From an uncultured Anaerolineae bacterium (GTDB taxonomy: Bacteria > Chloroflexota > Anaerolineae > Aggregatilineales > Ch27): DNA of 64,000 nt. A program made the position numbers and the translations under genes. The notes below the pieces were generated by a model, which did no database searches, had not been told where the DNA came from, and worked only from the letters and a program-made list of their open reading frames with translations. This document shows, piece after piece, positions 18,763-27,743 of this stretch. The stretch's first letter is position 1. Every line of letters begins with the position of its first letter. The DNA is taken from assembly GCA_964529715.1 (NCBI GenBank), contig CAZGXI010000013.1, positions 45,716-109,715 of the forward strand. The letters run 5' to 3'.

Positions 18763-19466
18763 TGCTGCTCAGCATCCGCGATCTGCACGTTTCCTACGGC
18801 AACATCCGCGCCGTACACGGCGTCTCCTTTGAAGTAGATCAGGGCGAAATTGTCACGCTGATCGGCGCCAACGGCGCAGGCAAATCAACCATCCTGAACA
18901 CCATTGCCGGCCTGCAATCCCCGGATAAAGGGGACATCTCCTACAAAGGCAACAATCTGGCAGGCCACAACGCCGCCGACGTGGTCAAGGCCGGGCTGGT
19001 GCTCGTTCCCGAAGGACGGCGCATCTTCGGCAATCTGACGGTCTACGAAAATTTGCGGCTGGCGGGCTTTCAATATCGGGGCGAGGAACTGAACCGACGC
19101 ATCAGCCGGGTATTCGAGCGTTTCCCCCGCCTGGCAGACCGACGCAACCAGCTCGGTGATACGCTCTCCGGCGGCGAGCAACAGATGCTGGCCGTCGGGC
19201 GTGCTCTGGTGACAGGCGGCGATCTGATGCTGCTGGACGAGCCTTCAATGGGCCTGGCTCCCATCCTGGTCCAGGAGATATTCGCCATCCTGCGAGAGAT
19301 CAATCAGCAGGGAACGACAATCCTGCTGGTCGAGCAGAACGCGCACATGGCACTTAAACTGGCAAACCGGGGCTACGTGCTGGAAACCGGAAGTATTATC
19401 CTTGCCGGTCCCAGCAGCGAACTGGCCCAAAACGCCGAGGTGCGCAAGGCTTACCTGGGCGCCTAG
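18762..19466 (+). CDS. livF: ABC transporter ATP-binding protein (LivF family)
   Basis: Walker A GANGAGKST, signature LSGGEQQMLAV, Walker B LMLLDEPSMGL. Its ATG overlaps the livG stop (ATGA-type junction). Confidence 0.92.
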   Translation: MLLSIRDLHVSYGNIRAVHGVSFEVDQGEIVTLIGANGAGKSTILNTIAGLQSPDKGDISYKGNNLAGHNAADVVKAGLVLVPEGRRIFGNLTVYENLRLAGFQYRGEELNRRISRVFERFPRLADRRNQLGDTLSGGEQQMLAVGRALVTGGDLMLLDEPSMGLAPILVQEIFAILREINQQGTTILLVEQNAHMALKLANRGYVLETGSIILAGPSSELAQNAEVRKAYLGA

Positions 19467-19478
19467 AAAATGCAAAAA

Positions 19479-19501
19479 CAGGGGGCATCGGCTGCCCCCT
19501 G
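19479..19501. terminator. Bidirectional terminator hairpin between convergent livF and the ulaE-like gene
   Basis: CAGGGGGCA-TCGGC-TGCCCCCTG, flanked by AAAATGCAAAAA upstream and TCGATTTTC downstream. Confidence 0.65.
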
Positions 19502-19508
19502 TCGATTT

Positions 19509-20384
19509 TCACTCTGCCTCATCCGACCGTGCCGAAAAGCCCCCTTCCAGTAGGCGGGCTTCGATCCAGACCCGCGCGGCGGCGGCAACGTTCAGCGCAT
19601 CCGGGCAGTCATCATTCCACATTTCGATCATCACCGGACCAGAGAAGCCAATCCCGGCAAGCTGTCGGAACGCCGCCACAAAGGGCACATCCCCCTCGCC
19701 GAACGGGACGCGGCGCGGCACACCGGGCCGGGCATCCTTGACGTGAACGCCAACGAGATTCCCGCGCGCCGCAGCAATCTCTGCCTCCACGTCTAGCCCG
19801 TTGACGATGATGTTGCCGATGTCCATATACAGCCGCAGGTAGGGCGAATCCACCTCACGGATGACCTGCACAGCGGTCGTCGGGGAATCGATGTAACCGT
19901 GCTCCTGGTTTTCCAGGCCCAGCAGAACGGCGCGTTCGCTGGCCCAGACGGCTGCCTGCCGGACGGCCTCGACGTAACGCACCCCGTTGCGCCCGTCCGA
20001 CGCTTCATCAGGCAACCGGTCATAGCCGGCCAGTTGAACAATGCGGATACCCAAGTCGGCGGCCAGATCGACTGCCTGCCGCACGACTTCCAGTCCCCGG
20101 CGGCGTACATCTGCATCCCCGCTGCCTAAAGGACAGGTTCGGTTGGCGCTCAGGCACATGGTCAGGATCGGGATTCCGGCCTCCTCGATCATGCGCCGGA
20201 CCTCGCGCCGCCGTGCCTGAGACCACCTCAGCCGTTCCAGCCGTTCCTGGCTCGGATCGAGCGACATCTCGACGAAATCAAAGCCGGCCTGCGCTGCCAT
20301 CGTCAGGCAGGCGAACCAGTCCACACCGGACGGTAGTGCCTTCTCGTAAATCCCGATAGAAATACCCGCAACGCGGCTCATCAT
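19509..20384 (-). CDS. ulaE: L-ribulose-5-phosphate 3-epimerase / L-xylulose-5-phosphate 3-epimerase family (UlaE/SgbU, xylose-isomerase-like TIM barrel)
   Basis: Colinear with E. coli UlaE as I recall it: GIYEKALP, GFDFVEMSLD, LSANRTCPLGS, IRIVQLAGYD, HVKDARPGV..VPFGEGDV, MIEMW. Confidence 0.8.
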   Translation of the reverse strand: MMSRVAGISIGIYEKALPSGVDWFACLTMAAQAGFDFVEMSLDPSQERLERLRWSQARRREVRRMIEEAGIPILTMCLSANRTCPLGSGDADVRRRGLEVVRQAVDLAADLGIRIVQLAGYDRLPDEASDGRNGVRYVEAVRQAAVWASERAVLLGLENQEHGYIDSPTTAVQVIREVDSPYLRLYMDIGNIIVNGLDVEAEIAAARGNLVGVHVKDARPGVPRRVPFGEGDVPFVAAFRQLAGIGFSGPVMIEMWNDDCPDALNVAAAARVWIEARLLEGGFSARSDEAE

Positions 20385-20436
20385 GCCCTTTCCAGGATAG
20401 TCGGCTTTCCTTTACTCGTGGAGAATCTACCACACA

Positions 20437-21126
20437 TCAGCCCGCGCCCTTCATCCCGGCAACAAAACGGGCCGTGATCACCTGCGGGCGAGTAATGGCC
20501 GCGCCGACCGTCACCGCCCACGCTCCGGCCATTAACGCCGCCCGCGCCTGTTCCGGCGTGTGGATACGCCCTTCAGCGATCACCGGCACACGCAACCGCG
20601 CCGCCAGCGCCCGCACCAGGTCCAGGTCTGGCCCGTCCATTTGCGGGCTATAAGGCGTATAGCCAGAAAGCGTGCTGGAAACCAGATCGGCTCCGGCTTC
20701 GGCGGCGGCGACTCCCTCCTCCAGGGTCGAAATATCGGCCATCACGAGTTTGCCCAGCTCACGGTGAATGGCGCCGATCAGGTCTTCCACACGACTGCCA
20801 TCAGGACGCGGGCGCAGCGTGGCGTCAATGGCGATGATGTCTGCCCCGGCCTCAGCAACGGCGCGGGCGTGCGCGAACGTCGGCGTAATGTACACACCTT
20901 CATTGCCGTCCTTGTACAGTCCGATGAGAGGCAAGAGTACCGCCGCGCGAATGGCACGAATGTCAGCGGGCGTGTTGGCCCGGATGCCCACCGCCCCACC
21001 CTCCTGGGCGGCCAGGGCCATGCGCGCCATGATCTCTGAACCATGCAGCGGCTCATGCGCCAGCGCCTGGCAGGACACAATCAATCCACCGCGAAGCTGC
21101 CCGATCAGTGTGGATGCATCGGTCAT
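20437..21126 (-). CDS. nanE: N-acetylmannosamine-6-phosphate 2-epimerase
   Basis: [38 protein letters not shown] and [15 protein letters not shown] are typical NanE blocks. 229 aa. Confidence 0.85.
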   Translation of the reverse strand: MTDASTLIGQLRGGLIVSCQALAHEPLHGSEIMARMALAAQEGGAVGIRANTPADIRAIRAAVLLPLIGLYKDGNEGVYITPTFAHARAVAEAGADIIAIDATLRPRPDGSRVEDLIGAIHRELGKLVMADISTLEEGVAAAEAGADLVSSTLSGYTPYSPQMDGPDLDLVRALAARLRVPVIAEGRIHTPEQARAALMAGAWAVTVGAAITRPQVITARFVAGMKGAG

Positions 21127-21159
21127 GGTCTGTTTTTTCCTATTCTGAACACCTGCGCT

Positions 21160-22686
21160 TCAACAAGGCTCAAGCGGCTCCAGATCGAAATCGACCTCAA
21201 AAGTGCGCGCCCAGGGCAGGCGCACACTGCCCGGCACCATGCGCCAGCGGCCCGCGAAGCCCGGTAATTCGGCGATCAGGGCTTGCAGGCGATCCGCGAT
21301 CCGCGACTGCACATCTGCCAGCGTAGCGGGCGTAGCCTCGGCAATGCCGGTCTCGGCTTCCAACCACGCGCGGATTTCCGCCCGAACCAGGTGCTGATAG
21401 CCCCAGTCTTCCACAAAACGATGCAGCAGAAAACGTTCCTGCGCCTGCCGCTGCACGTCCATTTCGGCCCAACGCGCCGCACACGCCTGCGCCAACGCCG
21501 TGCCAATTGTGTTCGCAGCCGTGTTCCAACCGCCGTAAGCCGCCAGTTCGGGCAGCTGAATGTGCTCCCGTAGCAAATCGATCAACACCGGATCGGAGCC
21601 GTTGGGATACGCCACATCCACAACAATGACGGCCTCGCCCTGGGCCTGTCGCCGCGCAATCTCTTTCACCAGCGCAACAAGATAAGGCAAACGGGTAGAC
21701 CGTTCGTCTTCCGCATAGGCTGGGTCAAACTCGCCCCGGCGCTCAACGGGCGTGTTGACGGCCAAGAAAAAGTCGGCTTTCCCGTCGGTTACTGTTCCCC
21801 CGACAGCACGTACCTGCCGCTCGACCGTGATCTTGACCGGGCCGTCCTCGTAAGGCGCGACAACATCCTCCCCGCCCGGCACAGCATAGCTAACGGCAAA
21901 ACGGGGCGTGAAACTGCGCGCCACATTGATCACCCGCGCTGTCAACACTGCGCCGACCTCATCCGCACCAGGGTACATCAGCAGACGGTCACCCAACGTC
22001 AGGCGATCCGCCCACTCGGCCAGCCAGCGTTTTTCCCGCGAGGCCAGGCCGTAGGGCACGGTGTCGTCGGAACTGAGCACCAGTAGGTCAAAGACGCCTT
22101 CGGCGGCCATTTGCAGAGCGGCCAGGTTAACGGTGTGATTACGTATTCGCCGCCACAGAAAATCTGTCACGTGTTCGGCAGGGATAGACGCCCGCAACGC
22201 TGCCAATTCATCTGCCGCTGCCCGGCCTTGAAGCGCACGATCGGAAAGCTGCGAAAAGCGTGACAGCGCCTTACCGTACTGCTTCCAATACGGCGGCTCC
22301 TCAACATCGCCGTTATAGTCGGGGATGCGCGTAATCAGGTTGAAACCGTAGATGGTCAGGTCCGGGTGCCGACGCTTGAGATCGCGCAGCAGGTCCAGCC
22401 GGGCCAGGACCGCGCCTGCTGACTCAGCAGTGGTGCGACTGGCGATCAGACCACCATAGCCAAGCATTTCGAGGGAGACGATCAGCACATCCAGGTCGGC
22501 GGCGTTATCGCGCAGCCAATCCGCCAGCGCGTCGTGCCTGGCCGGGATGCGATAGGCGCTCAGGAGTTCCAGCGGAGGCAGCCGCAGGTCCGCGCCGGCG
22601 CTGGCGGCGATCATCGCCGGATAGCGTGTGTTCGCGGGCCGCTCGTCAAGCGGGATCAGGCCAAGATGACTCGCTTTCTCCCTCAT
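21160..22686 (-). CDS. DUF4127-family protein
   Basis: 508 aa. The N-terminal IPLDERPANTRYP motif and the overall length match my recollection of DUF4127. No catalytic motif recognised. Confidence 0.6.
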   Translation of the reverse strand: MREKASHLGLIPLDERPANTRYPAMIAASAGADLRLPPLELLSAYRIPARHDALADWLRDNAADLDVLIVSLEMLGYGGLIASRTTAESAGAVLARLDLLRDLKRRHPDLTIYGFNLITRIPDYNGDVEEPPYWKQYGKALSRFSQLSDRALQGRAAADELAALRASIPAEHVTDFLWRRIRNHTVNLAALQMAAEGVFDLLVLSSDDTVPYGLASREKRWLAEWADRLTLGDRLLMYPGADEVGAVLTARVINVARSFTPRFAVSYAVPGGEDVVAPYEDGPVKITVERQVRAVGGTVTDGKADFFLAVNTPVERRGEFDPAYAEDERSTRLPYLVALVKEIARRQAQGEAVIVVDVAYPNGSDPVLIDLLREHIQLPELAAYGGWNTAANTIGTALAQACAARWAEMDVQRQAQERFLLHRFVEDWGYQHLVRAEIRAWLEAETGIAEATPATLADVQSRIADRLQALIAELPGFAGRWRMVPGSVRLPWARTFEVDFDLEPLEPC

Positions 22687-25523
22687 CGGCTACTTCCCTC
22701 TATACGGCCCCGTTCCAGCCAGGCGACCGTTTCTTCGGCCAGGCTCGCCAGCGGCTTGCGCAGGACGGTGCACTCCGGCAGCGAGGCCAGAAAATGTTGC
22801 CCGTAGTTCTTGCTCAGGATGCGTCGGTCCAGGATGACCACCACACCCCGATCCGTGCGGGTGCGGATCAGGCGGCCAAAGCCCTGCCGAAAGCGCAGGA
22901 TGGCATCGGGGATGGAATAGTCGTTGAATGAGTTGGCAAACTGCTCTGCCCGCGCCGCAAAGATTGGATCAGTGGGCACGGCGAAAGGCAGACGGGCGAT
23001 CACCAACACACTGAGGTCTTCGCCGGGAATATCCACCCCCTCCCAAAAGCTGCGCGTGCCCAGCAACACGGCGCGCCGGGTTCCTTTAAAACCTTCCAGG
23101 AGCGCCTGGCGGCTAGAGCCGTCACTCTGGTCGAACACGGCAATGTCGCCCAGCGCCAGGCGCGGCGCAATGGCCTGAGCCGTCTGACGAAGCTGGGTGT
23201 AACTGGTGAACAGCACCATCATGCGCCCACCGGTTGCCGCCGCCAGTTCGATCAGCGTTTGCTCGGTCATGTTCTGATAGCGATATTTGTCCGTCGGCTC
23301 CGGCATGTCAGTCGGCAAGTAGAGCAGCGTCGAAGCGCGATAGTTAAACGGCGATCCTACATCCAGCGTTTTGACGTTGGTCGCCTGGAGACGGCCTTGC
23401 AGGTAGTCAAACGATCCTGCCGTTTGTAATGTGGCGCTGGTCATAATTACGACATCTTTGGCATGCCACAGGTGCTTTTCGATCAGCGGCCCGACATTGA
23501 GCGGCGCGGCGTGCAGGGAAATACGCCCCTGCTCCTGCCCGGCCTCGATCCAGTAGATCGTATTGCCGTCCGGGCTGGTTGTGAAGGCAGCAAGCTGTTG
23601 GTGAACCTCGTTCAGATGGCGCGCGGCAGCCCCCACACTGGCGACGATATCCTCATAGTCGGGAATGTCGAAGTCTTTTAGACGGTTTAGTGCCAGCATC
23701 AGGCGGCTCATGGCATCAGCGATGCCCGTAGTAAACTGGCTGAGGGTCGCCCAGGCTTCCTGAATTTTGGCGAAATCCGGCTTGCTGCGCTCGACATCCG
23801 TCACGCGCACCTGATTGATGTATTCGCCGGGGCGCAGGTAGTTGCCATCGCGCAGAAAATGGTACACGGCGGAGAACAGTGCCCCGACGTGGAACTCCAT
23901 CGCCTTGATCGCCTCTTCGACGGTCTGTACGTAATCGGTCAACTGCGCAACGTGGCTTTCAGGGATCGTCCCCCGTGCGTGCTTGAGCAGGTCGCCCAGG
24001 ATGCCGGAACGTGTTCCTCCCAGGTCGGCAAGCTGGCGGCGCAAGGCAGCCTGGTCGATGCGGAAACTCAGGCCGTTGGTGGTAGCTTCTTCCAGATGGT
24101 GTGCCTCGTCGAGAATCAGATAGCGGTACTCCGGCAACACGCGGCTGCCAACAGCCACGTCTGAAAGCAACAGGGCGTGGTTGACGATGAGCAGGTGGGC
24201 ATTTTCGGCCTCGCGGCGGGCCTTATAGAAGGGGCACGCGCCATGCATCTGCTCATGGCAGCGTTCCAGCGTACACCCTTCGTCCTCGGCGCTCAGACGC
24301 ATCCAGGCCCCAATCTCTGCCGGGCCACGCAAGTTGATCTCGCCCCGGTCGCCGCTGGTGCTTTCCAACAGCCAGATCAGGATTTTGGCGAAAATGCGCA
24401 GTTCATCGATGCTGGTCGGCTGACGGCGACGCAGGCTCATCAGACGGCGCGGACACAGGTAGTTACTCCGCCCCTTCACAACGGCCGCCTTGAAATCCAT
24501 CCCCAAGACATCCCGCAGCAAGGGAAGATCTTTGTTGATAAGCTGATCTTGTAGGTTGATCGTGTTGGTGGAAATGACCACACGCTCATTGTTGGCAACG
24601 GCCCAGCAAATCGCCGGAATGAGGTAGGCCATCGATTTGCCCGTGCCCGTGCCCGCCTCGACCATCAGATGTTGGGCACGGTTGAAAGCCTCGGTTACGG
24701 CGCGAAGCATAGTGATTTGCTCCGGGCGATGCTCGTAGCCCTCCACACGCTGCGCCAGCAGACCGCCGGGTTCCAGCAATGCGGCCAGACTGTCCGAGTC
24801 CAGGGAACGGATTTCGGCGTTGGGGCGCAGCGGGCGCCAGTCGCGCCCGGCAGGGCCGAACAGCTCTTCCAGGTTGTCCAGCGAAGAACCGGCGCGCTGT
24901 GGGCGGTCGAAGGCAGTGCGTGCTCGCTCGCGCAACGCCGCCTCAAAGACCGGCGCGGCGCTCCAGGGCAGCCCGCGCGCCGCATTGGCGATTTCCTGCA
25001 AGGTATTCAGTGGCAGGTCCAGAATACGCTGCCACAGTGTCCAATACACCTGAACTGTAGCTGTCGCGTCGGTCAGCGCCCGATGCGCGCCGTTGAGCGA
25101 AACGCCTAACTGCTGCGCCAGGCTGTTGAGGTTGTAGCGCGGCGCGGTGGGCAACAGCACCGCAGCCAGTTCATAGGTATCCAACGCCAGATTGTCACGC
25201 AACAGGCCCCAGGGCTGCAAGAAAGACAGATCAAAGCTGATATTGTGCCCTACCACCGGGGCCAGTCCGACGAAGTCGGCCACGCCCGCCAGCACGCGGC
25301 GCAGTTTGGGAGCACCGGTCAGGTCTTCCTGGCGAATACCGGTGAGAGACGTGATACCGGGCGGAATTTCCCGTTCCACGTCCACAAGGGTACTATACGT
25401 CTCCAAAATCTCGCCTTCTTGAAAGCGCACCAGCCCGACTTCCAGGATGGCGTCTCGCTGAGGATCAAGGCCGGTGGTTTCCAAGTCAATGGCGACGATC
25501 TCGCCACGCATGGTGGACTCCAA
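22683..25523 (-). CDS. dinG: DinG-type ATP-dependent helicase with N-terminal DnaQ-like 3'-5' exonuclease domain
   Basis: Exo motifs VAIDLETTGLDP and GHNISFDLSFL...HRALTDA. Helicase motif I AGTGTGKS and motif II DEAHHL. A Cys cluster (CPRR...GCTLERC...GACPFY) is consistent with an XPD-type Fe-S domain. Its stop overlaps the DUF4127 start by 4 nt. Confidence 0.88.
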   Translation of the reverse strand: MESTMRGEIVAIDLETTGLDPQRDAILEVGLVRFQEGEILETYSTLVDVEREIPPGITSLTGIRQEDLTGAPKLRRVLAGVADFVGLAPVVGHNISFDLSFLQPWGLLRDNLALDTYELAAVLLPTAPRYNLNSLAQQLGVSLNGAHRALTDATATVQVYWTLWQRILDLPLNTLQEIANAARGLPWSAAPVFEAALRERARTAFDRPQRAGSSLDNLEELFGPAGRDWRPLRPNAEIRSLDSDSLAALLEPGGLLAQRVEGYEHRPEQITMLRAVTEAFNRAQHLMVEAGTGTGKSMAYLIPAICWAVANNERVVISTNTINLQDQLINKDLPLLRDVLGMDFKAAVVKGRSNYLCPRRLMSLRRRQPTSIDELRIFAKILIWLLESTSGDRGEINLRGPAEIGAWMRLSAEDEGCTLERCHEQMHGACPFYKARREAENAHLLIVNHALLLSDVAVGSRVLPEYRYLILDEAHHLEEATTNGLSFRIDQAALRRQLADLGGTRSGILGDLLKHARGTIPESHVAQLTDYVQTVEEAIKAMEFHVGALFSAVYHFLRDGNYLRPGEYINQVRVTDVERSKPDFAKIQEAWATLSQFTTGIADAMSRLMLALNRLKDFDIPDYEDIVASVGAAARHLNEVHQQLAAFTTSPDGNTIYWIEAGQEQGRISLHAAPLNVGPLIEKHLWHAKDVVIMTSATLQTAGSFDYLQGRLQATNVKTLDVGSPFNYRASTLLYLPTDMPEPTDKYRYQNMTEQTLIELAAATGGRMMVLFTSYTQLRQTAQAIAPRLALGDIAVFDQSDGSSRQALLEGFKGTRRAVLLGTRSFWEGVDIPGEDLSVLVIARLPFAVPTDPIFAARAEQFANSFNDYSIPDAILRFRQGFGRLIRTRTDRGVVVILDRRILSKNYGQHFLASLPECTVLRKPLASLAEETVAWLERGRIEGSSR

Positions 25524-25721
25524 ATTCTAGCGCGAGGCAATTCGACAGATGCAGAAGTGAAGTATAACACACCCCTCAGAAGGCTGCGCACAAATGTATT
25601 ATTGACCCTGCCACCCTGCTGGCTTACCCTCCAACAGGCCGACAAAAAATCTGCTACACTTGTCTGCGCCTGCATTGGAAGCACCGCGCCGCCGGGCGCG
25701 GGTTCGGAAGGAGTATGATCC

Positions 25722-26408
25722 ATGCGACGCCTGCTGATCTGTTTCGCGCTGGGCCTGATCCTGATCGCCTGCACGCCGCCAGACACGCCCACCCCCCTAC
25801 CAACCTCCCTGCCGGTGCAAGCGCCGCCCTCCACGCCGCCCTTCGTTATCGTCACGCTGCCGCCGACGCCGGTAATTGAACCGACAGCCACGCCGACACC
25901 GCCCTTTGACATTGCTCCCTATATTGGGCGCTGGCAGCTAGACTTCCGCTACCAGTTCGCGGGCGGCGACCCCATCGATCAGATGCGCTTTGTCGGCGCG
26001 GCAGCCGTTCAGATCGGAGCCAATACGCAGGCGACCGGCCAGGGCGCGCTCACCACGTTTGCCTTCCGCGAAGGATGTTTTGCCAGCACAATGAACGAGG
26101 ATGACATCGGCATCTCTGTCGTGGGAGAGGTCGGGCTAGGCGACGACGGCAGGTTGGAGCTGACTTTCTGGATCAGGCCGGATAATCCGGGACGCATGGA
26201 ACGCTATGCGGTGATGTGCCCGGACTTTGAAGCGCCGCTGGAATGGGAACAGCAAATGCTATGGCCGACGCTGGCCGCACTGCGCGTCATGCCCTATACC
26301 CTGCCGCTGGAATCGGGCGCAGCCATTGATACAACGGTAGAAGTAACCGGGCCGACAGGTGGCGCGGTGCATGGCACGCTGAACACGTGGATCCGTTTGA
26401 TACGTTAA
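25722..26408 (+). CDS. Hypothetical lipoprotein with Pro/Thr-rich linker
   Basis: Lipobox LILIAC, then a TPPDTPTPLPTSLPVQAPPSTPP linker. No motif recognised in the globular part. Confidence 0.6.
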   Translation: MRRLLICFALGLILIACTPPDTPTPLPTSLPVQAPPSTPPFVIVTLPPTPVIEPTATPTPPFDIAPYIGRWQLDFRYQFAGGDPIDQMRFVGAAAVQIGANTQATGQGALTTFAFREGCFASTMNEDDIGISVVGEVGLGDDGRLELTFWIRPDNPGRMERYAVMCPDFEAPLEWEQQMLWPTLAALRVMPYTLPLESGAAIDTTVEVTGPTGGAVHGTLNTWIRLIR

Positions 26409-26477
26409 GGGCTTTCGTGCTAAGCTGGTAGCTACCAGAACCTCTTGTGCCCTGGCGTCTCTACAGGAGGCGATTTT

Positions 26478-27689
26478 ATGCCTATCCCTGGGCCGGATAC
26501 CCTGTTCGATTACCGTCAACCCGACGTGGATTACGTCTTCGACAAAATAGCGAAGGCCGAATCCTGTTCCCTGGTTGGGATCGGCAGCGCAGGCAAAAGC
26601 ACGCTGCTGCGCACGCTGATGCAGGATGACACCCTGGCGCGCGGGAAAAAGAAGCATTTCCCTGAGAATCCTCCGCAGATCATCGTGGCCTTCTTGAACC
26701 CGCACAAGATGATCCATCTTCAACGCCGCGCGTTGGAACAGGCAGGCGCAGCCTGGCCCGGTTATGAAATGATGCTGAACTCCTTGCTGCGTGCCCTGGT
26801 GGAGATGGACACCGAAGAGCTGGGTGACAACGAACATTGCATTGTGGAACTCATCGCCAAAGTGGAAAACTACTATCGCAACCTGTTCGGCGCAGCCGCT
26901 TATTTTGGACAGGCCGGGCAGCAGCTTTTTTTGCCGCACCCCTTGCTCATCCAGACCGGCTTTCGCCACCTGGAAGAGTCGATCTATGCTGTGTTCGATA
27001 CGGCCAGGCAATGCAGGCAAGATTGGCGGGTCGTCTTTCTCTTTGACGAAATGGAGGAATTTATCGCCCGCCTGCCGGCTCAATTCTTCCAATCGCTGCG
27101 TGGCATTCGAGACGACTTCAAGCAGCGCCTCACTTTTGTGACGGCCAGCCGCCGCTCGTTGGACGAAATCGTAGATGATGTTGCGCAGCATAAGCTCACG
27201 CCCCAGGCTCAGCAGGCATTTAGAGATGGCATGGAGGGATTCGTCGAATTATTTCGCGGCTTCATGCGCTACCTGGGGCTGCTGGACAAGACCAGCGCCG
27301 CCGCGCTGCTGAAACGCCTGGCCCAGCGTTACGATCAGGCGTTGACCGAAGATGCGCAACGGGAATTGCTTGCCCTGACCGGGCGGCACGCCGGTCTACT
27401 GCGCCGGAGTTTTTTGCGAGCCGCTGCGGGCGTATCCCAGGCAGGAAGCGGCGAATTCGGGGAATATTTGCTGCGTGATCCGGGCGTGCAGCAGGAATGT
27501 CAGACGATTTTGGGCAGCCTATCCCCCGACGAGCAGACCGTGTTGATCCAACTCGTCAAAGGGCAACCGACGCCGGATCGCAGCGTCCTGTATAGCCTGT
27601 ACAAAAAGCACCTGATCACGCATCCCGACGCCGGCGAGATAGAAATACGGCTGCCGCTGTTGACCCAGTATCTCAGTCGGCTGGAATAG
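26478..27689 (+). CDS. P-loop NTPase (STAND/ORC-like AAA ATPase) with probable C-terminal winged-helix region
   Basis: AGGAGG lies 8 nt before the ATG at 26478. Walker A GIGSAGKST and Walker B-like VVFLFDEMEEF. C-terminal LSPDEQTVLIQLVKGQ resembles an HTH/wHTH. The 310-aa minus-strand ORF 26259..27191 is treated as a shadow. Confidence 0.7.
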   Translation: MPIPGPDTLFDYRQPDVDYVFDKIAKAESCSLVGIGSAGKSTLLRTLMQDDTLARGKKKHFPENPPQIIVAFLNPHKMIHLQRRALEQAGAAWPGYEMMLNSLLRALVEMDTEELGDNEHCIVELIAKVENYYRNLFGAAAYFGQAGQQLFLPHPLLIQTGFRHLEESIYAVFDTARQCRQDWRVVFLFDEMEEFIARLPAQFFQSLRGIRDDFKQRLTFVTASRRSLDEIVDDVAQHKLTPQAQQAFRDGMEGFVELFRGFMRYLGLLDKTSAAALLKRLAQRYDQALTEDAQRELLALTGRHAGLLRRSFLRAAAGVSQAGSGEFGEYLLRDPGVQQECQTILGSLSPDEQTVLIQLVKGQPTPDRSVLYSLYKKHLITHPDAGEIEIRLPLLTQYLSRLE

Positions 27690-27743
27690 CTGTGTAGGCG
27701 AGAGGACGAGGGGCGATCAGCAGACCGCCCCCCGTTGTGGGCT

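Noticed and set aside
26259-27191. 310-aa minus-strand ORF overlapping the lipoprotein 3' end and the NTPase gene
   Set aside because: The plus-strand frame has a strong RBS and Walker A/B motifs. The minus-strand frame has no motif, and it overlaps two well-supported genes.
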